A DNA stretch of 61,221 nt, filler included. It is 7 parts of 7 records of this genome, joined end to end, with 100 filler letters (N's around TTAATTAATTAA, not from the genome) between each part and the next. Parts side by side here need not be neighbours in the genome. Positions count along the whole stretch, not along the records: positions 55,673 to 61,221 come from DRR723986_19949; 6 more parts are not named here. The stretch is one strand, 5' to 3'. Of the stretch, positions 56,748 through 61,221 are shown piece after piece (within the stretch, counting starts at the first letter, position 1; each line of letters begins with the position of its first letter). A model generated the notes under the pieces. That model made no database searches. It was given only the letters and a program-made list of their open reading frames with translations, and was not told the DNA's origin. The position numbers were made by a program, and so were the translations under genes.

Positions 56748-58064
56748 TTAGCGCAAACGGTGCGCGAGGGCGTGATAGGACGCTTTGGGCGTTCTCTTCA
56801 AGCTTTTGAAGTCCACATGGACCAGTCCGAAGCGTTTTTCATAGCCGAGCGCCCATTCATAGTTGTCCATCAGCGACCAGATGAAATAGCCGCGCAGGTC
56901 GACGCCGTCGGCCATGGCCCGGCGGCAGGCCTTCAGATGGGCGTCGATATAGGCCAAGCGTTCGGGGTCATGCACCGCGCCCTGCGCCAACACATCCGCA
57001 TTGGCCATGCCGTTTTCCGTCACGTAGATCGGCAGATCTGGCACAAGCTCGGCCGTGCGCTTTAGGAATTGGTACAGCCCGTCGGGGTAAATCTCCCACC
57101 CCATCTGGGTCTTGGGCAGGGGGCCGTCGATTTCGGCCAGCGCGGGCCACGGGCCGGGGGCAGGGGCGATGTTCTTGCGGGTGTAATAGTTCAGCCCGAT
57201 CCAGTCGAGCGGCTGGCCGATGGTGGCGAAATCGTCCTGCCAGCCGTCGGGCAGGTGCGGTTCGAGACCCTCCAGCGCTTCAGCGGGGTACGCGCCCTTG
57301 AAGATGCCCTCCAGAAAGAAGCGGTTGTAATAGGCATCATAGGTGGCGGCAGCGCGGGTTGCCTCGGGGCTGTCATCCACCGGGTTGGCCCATTCCATGT
57401 TGAAGACACCGCCAAGGTTGGTCATCCCCAGATCGCGCATCACCTGAATGGACCGCCCATGCGACAGCAACACATGATGCATGGCGCGGGCAGTGGCGCG
57501 GATGTCGCGCAGACCGGGCGCGTGCTGGCCAAGGAAATGGCTCAACCAGCCGACGCACCATGGCTCGTTGATGGGGGCGGCGGACCAGACGCGGTCGCCG
57601 ATCCGGCCCATGATCACCTGTGTGAAGTCGGCGAACCAGCCCGCAATATCCCGATTGCGCCAGCCGCCCTTGTCGGCCAATGGCTGCGGCAGTTCCCAGT
57701 GATAGAGCGTCGCGGCGGGCTTCAAACCACGTTCCAGCAGTCCATCGACCAAACGGTCATAGAAATCCAGCCCGTCCGGGTTTGGCGTACCGGTCCCCTC
57801 TGGTATTACCCGTGCCCAGGAGGTCGAGAAGCGGTAGACATCGACATTCAATGCCTTCAGCAGGTCGAGGTCTTCGTCCATCCGGTGATAGTGATCGCAG
57901 GCGCGCTGCCCATGTTCCGCCCGCACAACATTGCCCGGCGTGGCGGCGAAACTGTCCCAATGGGTGAGGCCTGCACCACCGAACTCGTGGCCTTCGATCT
58001 GATAGGCCGAGGTTGCGGCCCCGAAGAGAAACCCCTCGGGAAAGTCGGCGCGTGTCCATGTCAT
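56748..58064 (-). CDS. GH1 family beta-glucosidase; start re-assigned to ATG 58064
   Basis: FLFGAATSAYQIEG, CDHYHR, INEP (acid/base), YVTENG (nucleophile), WSLMDNYEW. Confidence 0.95.
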   Translation of the reverse strand: MTWTRADFPEGFLFGAATSAYQIEGHEFGGAGLTHWDSFAATPGNVVRAEHGQRACDHYHRMDEDLDLLKALNVDVYRFSTSWARVIPEGTGTPNPDGLDFYDRLVDGLLERGLKPAATLYHWELPQPLADKGGWRNRDIAGWFADFTQVIMGRIGDRVWSAAPINEPWCVGWLSHFLGQHAPGLRDIRATARAMHHVLLSHGRSIQVMRDLGMTNLGGVFNMEWANPVDDSPEATRAAATYDAYYNRFFLEGIFKGAYPAEALEGLEPHLPDGWQDDFATIGQPLDWIGLNYYTRKNIAPAPGPWPALAEIDGPLPKTQMGWEIYPDGLYQFLKRTAELVPDLPIYVTENGMANADVLAQGAVHDPERLAYIDAHLKACRRAMADGVDLRGYFIWSLMDNYEWALGYEKRFGLVHVDFKSLKRTPKASYHALAHRLR

Positions 58065-58068
58065 GATG

Positions 58069-59100
58069 TCAGCTTTCTTGCGGGGCAGGGCCAGTGGATC
58101 GGCCAAGCATCAGCTCTGCCTCCAACATATGGTGGCGCGGGGTGCGGTCAGGGTCTTCGATCAGGTCAAGCAGGGTGGTCGCGGCGATCCGCCCGGCTTC
58201 GCGTACTGACGACCGGGTGGCGGTGAAAATGGGCACATCCTTGCCATTTCCCAGATAGCTGAGTTCATCATCATGGGTGATGACACTGACATCGCGGCCC
58301 ATCTTCAGGTCGGCCTCTTCCAGTGCGCGGCGCACCCCGATGGCAGAGATCAGCGACGACACCAGAAACGCGGTCGGCGGGGCGTCCTGCGCCAGCATCC
58401 GGCGCGCGGTGTCATAGCCGAAATGTTCGGTCATCTCGTCGCTGGCCCCTAGTGCCGGGTCAGGTGACAGTCCCCGCTCGGTCAGCGCCTTTTCATATCC
58501 CTGACGGCGGCGAATGGCGAAATCCATGTCCTCCAGCCCGTTGACCAATGCAATCCGGCGGTGACCCAGATCGAGCAGCAGTTCCGTCGCGCGGGAAAAG
58601 GCGCGGCGGTTGTTCACATCGACCCAGGAATAATCCCTGTCCTCCGCCGAGGCGCGGCCATGCACCACGAACGGAAGGTCCAGATCCTGCAACAGCCGGA
58701 TCCGCCGTTCATTGGCACGGGGCCCGTGAATAACGATGCCATCGACCGCCTTTTTCTGGGCCAGGCTGCGATAGGTGGCGTCCTCTGCATCATCGGGCAC
58801 AATCGACAGGGTCATGTCATAGCCGGCCTTGGCATAGGCTTCACCGGCACCGGCGATGAAATCGGAAAACACCGGGTTCATCATCTCGTGCCGGGTCGAG
58901 ATTGGGATGACATGGCCGATCATGTGGGCGCGCCCGGTGGCCAGACTGCGCGCGCGGGTGTTGGGTCGGTAATTGTGGCGCTGTGCGGCGTCTTCGACCC
59001 GTTGCCGCGTCGCTTCGCTGACCTCGGGATAGCCGTTCAGGGCCCGGCTGACCGTGGTCTGCGACAGGCCGAGAGATTCGGACAGCTGTTTGAGGTTCAT
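58069..59100 (-). CDS. aglR: LacI family transcriptional regulator (AglR-like); start re-assigned to ATG 59100
   Basis: MNLKQLSESLGLSQTTVSRALNGYPEV HTH; YRPN; LGHRRIA; divergent from the sugar ABC operon. Confidence 0.85.
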   Translation of the reverse strand: MNLKQLSESLGLSQTTVSRALNGYPEVSEATRQRVEDAAQRHNYRPNTRARSLATGRAHMIGHVIPISTRHEMMNPVFSDFIAGAGEAYAKAGYDMTLSIVPDDAEDATYRSLAQKKAVDGIVIHGPRANERRIRLLQDLDLPFVVHGRASAEDRDYSWVDVNNRRAFSRATELLLDLGHRRIALVNGLEDMDFAIRRRQGYEKALTERGLSPDPALGASDEMTEHFGYDTARRMLAQDAPPTAFLVSSLISAIGVRRALEEADLKMGRDVSVITHDDELSYLGNGKDVPIFTATRSSVREAGRIAATTLLDLIEDPDRTPRHHMLEAELMLGRSTGPAPQES

Positions 59101-59116
59101 CGTCACTTTTGCACCC

Positions 59117-59126
59117 AAAGCGCTTT
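59117..59126. promoter_or_regulatory. LacI-type operator AAAGCGCTTT (copy 1, near the regulator start)
   Basis: Perfect palindrome with a central GC/CG core typical of LacI operators. Confidence 0.7.
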
Positions 59127-59280
59127 CAAACTTCGGGCAGTATCCCCGAAATCTCTGGGCTGTCAAAGGTGAATTGTGCGCGCGATCTGAGAAAAGCCTG
59201 GCTGTATGGCGATATTTTTATGGATCAATAACAATCCTCATTGACAGAAATCCGGGAATCGCGGATGCCTATGGGGTATC

Positions 59281-59290
59281 AAAGCGCTTT
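59281..59290. promoter_or_regulatory. LacI-type operator AAAGCGCTTT (copy 2, upstream of the binding-protein gene)
   Basis: CAAAGCGCTTTG palindrome downstream of TTGACA (59242-59247). Confidence 0.75.
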
Positions 59291-59350
59291 GGAAATGCAT
59301 TCGGTGCGTTCCGGGCAACAGGGGCCTCGGCCCATTCTTGGGAGGAAACC

Positions 59351-60694
59351 ATGAAGAAATCGTTACTCGCTGGCGTCGCCGCGCTGGCCTTGACTGCAGG
59401 TATGGCGCAGGCTGACGGGCATATGATGTTCGCGCCCGGCGAAGGGGCTTTCAACTGGGGCAGCTATGATGCCTTCGCGGGGGCGCATGACCTCAGCGGT
59501 CAAACCCTGTCGATCACCGGCCCCTGGATCGGGCCCGATGGTGAACTGGTGGAAAGCATCCTTGCTTATTTCGAGGAAGCCACCGGCGCGACCGTGAACT
59601 ATTCCGGCTCTGACAGTTTCGAGCAGGACATCGTGATCGCGACGCAGGCAGGCAGCGCCCCCAATATCGCGGTGTTCCCGCAGCCGGGCCTGGCCGCCGA
59701 CATGGCCGCGCGCGGCCTGCTGACGCCGCTGGCCGATGGCACCGCCGACTGGGTTTCCGCCAACTATGCTGCGGGTGATTCCTGGGTTGATCTGGGCACC
59801 TATGCAGGCCCCGATGGCGAAGACGCGCTTTATGGCTTCTTCTACAAGGTCGACCTGAAATCGCTGGTCTGGTTCAGCCCCGAAGCCTTTGACGAGGCAG
59901 GCTATGACATCCCCACCAGCATGGAAGAGCTGATGGCCCTGACCGACCAGATCGTCGCCGATGGCGGCACGCCCTGGTGCATCGGCCTGGGATCAGGCGC
60001 GGCAACCGGCTGGCCCGCAACCGACTGGGTCGAGGACATGCTGCTGCGCACACAGCCTGCGGATGTCTATGATGGCTGGGTGTCGAACGAGATCCCCTTC
60101 ACCGATGAACGCATTGTCGGCGCGATCGAGGCCTTCGGCCATTTCGCCCGCAATGACGCCTATGTGAACGGGGGTGCCAGCGCCGTCGCCACGACCGACT
60201 TCCGCGACAGCCCCGCCGGGCTCTTCTCCTACCCGCCGGAATGCTACATGCATCGTCAGGCGTCGTTCATCCCCACTTTCTTCCCTGAAGGGGCGGAGGC
60301 TGACTTCTTCTACTTCCCGTCCTATGAGGAAGGCGATCTGGGCAATCCGGTGCTCGGCGCTGGCACGCTTTGGGCGATCACCGACGATGCCCCTGCCGCC
60401 CATGTCTTCATGGAATTCCTGCAAACCCCCATTGCGCACGAGCTGTGGATGGCACAGTCGGGCTTCCTGACCCCGCATAGCGGCGTCAACCTCGATGTGT
60501 TCCCGTCTGACGCACAGCGCGCCATGAACGAGATCCTTCTGGGCGCGACCACCTTCCGCTTTGACGGGTCGGACCTGATGCCCGGTGAAATCGGCGCAGG
60601 TGCGTTCTGGACCGGCATGGTCGACTATACCTCGGGCGCCGATGCCGCCGATGTGGCGCAGGCGATCCAGGATCGTTGGGACTCGATCCAGTAA
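59351..60694 (+). CDS. aglE: Sugar (alpha-glucoside-type) ABC transporter substrate-binding protein; start re-assigned to ATG 59351
   Basis: GGAGGA RBS, signal peptide, PQPG, KSLVW, PWCIGLGSGAATGWPATDWVED, FRFDGSDLMPG. Confidence 0.85.
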   Translation: MKKSLLAGVAALALTAGMAQADGHMMFAPGEGAFNWGSYDAFAGAHDLSGQTLSITGPWIGPDGELVESILAYFEEATGATVNYSGSDSFEQDIVIATQAGSAPNIAVFPQPGLAADMAARGLLTPLADGTADWVSANYAAGDSWVDLGTYAGPDGEDALYGFFYKVDLKSLVWFSPEAFDEAGYDIPTSMEELMALTDQIVADGGTPWCIGLGSGAATGWPATDWVEDMLLRTQPADVYDGWVSNEIPFTDERIVGAIEAFGHFARNDAYVNGGASAVATTDFRDSPAGLFSYPPECYMHRQASFIPTFFPEGAEADFFYFPSYEEGDLGNPVLGAGTLWAITDDAPAAHVFMEFLQTPIAHELWMAQSGFLTPHSGVNLDVFPSDAQRAMNEILLGATTFRFDGSDLMPGEIGAGAFWTGMVDYTSGADAADVAQAIQDRWDSIQ

Positions 60695-60765
60695 CGATCA
60701 TTTGGTCCGGGCCGCCATACGCGTGGCCCGGACCGCTTCAGACCTGATGTCGGGAGGGCAAGGTC

Positions 60766-61221
60766 ATGTCACCGCTTTTGCAGGGTGTGATTACCATCTT
60801 CGTGGGCGTGTTCGGATGTGTGGGCTATTTCTACGCGGCGAACCTGATCCTCGACAAGGTGATCTTCCCGGCCCGAGGCCCCAATGTGGGCCGCAATATC
60901 AACCGTGCCACCGCCGTCAGGCCCTGGCTGTTCCTGTTCCCAGCCATTTTCGCCCTGTCGCTGTATCTGGTTTATCCTGTGATCGGCAGCCTTTGGCGGT
61001 CGCTGCACAACCGCGCCGGGGATGAATTTATCGGGCTTGGCAACTATGCCTTCCTGTTTGGCGATGGCGAATTCCTGCAAGCGCTGCTGAACAATGCCCT
61101 CTGGGCGGTTGTGGTGCCCGCTGCCGCGACCTTCCTGGGCCTGCTGGTGGCGCAACTGACCGACCGGCTGTCCTGGGGCAACATCGCCAAATCGCTGATC
61201 TTCATGCCGATGGCGATCTCT
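60766..61221 (+). CDS. aglF: Sugar ABC transporter permease, truncated by window end
   Basis: MSPLLQG...RPWLFLFPA...YLVYP...FIGLGNY...NNALW...KSLIFMPMAIS; open to the end of the window. Confidence 0.85.
   Translation, partial: MSPLLQGVITIFVGVFGCVGYFYAANLILDKVIFPARGPNVGRNINRATAVRPWLFLFPAIFALSLYLVYPVIGSLWRSLHNRAGDEFIGLGNYAFLFGDGEFLQALLNNALWAVVVPAAATFLGLLVAQLTDRLSWGNIAKSLIFMPMAIS

Noticed and set aside
55797-59172. Long plus-strand ORFs 55797-57065, 57069-58226 and 58561-59172
   Set aside because: Antisense shadows of glk, the GH1 gene and the LacI regulator.

Overview
This window is not one replicon. It is seven unrelated contigs joined by artificial 100-nt linkers (N44-TTAATTAATTAA-N44), so adjacency across linkers has no biological meaning. 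(1) 1-9097, Bacteroidota/FCB-like: three tandem paralogous secreted FG-GAP-repeat proteins (837/840/838 aa) with conserved C-termini and T9SS-type tails, interleaved with a palindromic AGCCC-TTA-GGGCT repeat family. (2) 9198-21778, Rhodobacteraceae-like: glmU-glmS-glmM next to a surface-polysaccharide locus (three sulfotransferase-like proteins, a QueC-like PP-loop protein, a GlfT2-like GT2 and a methyltransferase-like/coiled-coil protein). (3) 21879-28237, Rhodobacteraceae housekeeping: mazG, M20 amidohydrolase, flavin reductase, speB, acyltransferase, murI, ccmE. (4) 28338-42178: a tRNA-Thr 3' end, a cryptic 18-unit heptamer array and a second tRNA-like 3' end, then a phthalate 4,5-dioxygenase pathway (ophA1/A2/B/C) extended by a PhdK-like aldehyde dehydrogenase, a ThDP-dependent enzyme, a TAXI-TRAP transporter, a MarR regulator and a shared TAGATATCTA palindrome. 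(5) 42279-48245, AT-rich Flavobacteriales-like: GxxExxY gene flanked by CACAGAG/CTCTGTG repeats, lipoproteins, lpdA, AI-2E transporter, heptamer tract. (6) 48346-55572: Fe(III) ABC transporter with a Fur-like box, DUF6483-like protein, small Cys-rich lipoprotein, DEAD-box helicase. (7) 55673-61221, Rhodobacteraceae: glk, GH1 glucosidase, LacI/AglR regulator, sugar ABC transporter. The best candidate for an undescribed system is contig 4: an inferred upper funnel (ortho-carboxy aromatic 2-oxo-acid to 2-carboxybenzaldehyde to phthalate to protocatechuate). All family and taxon assignments come from motif recognition by eye, not from database searches.
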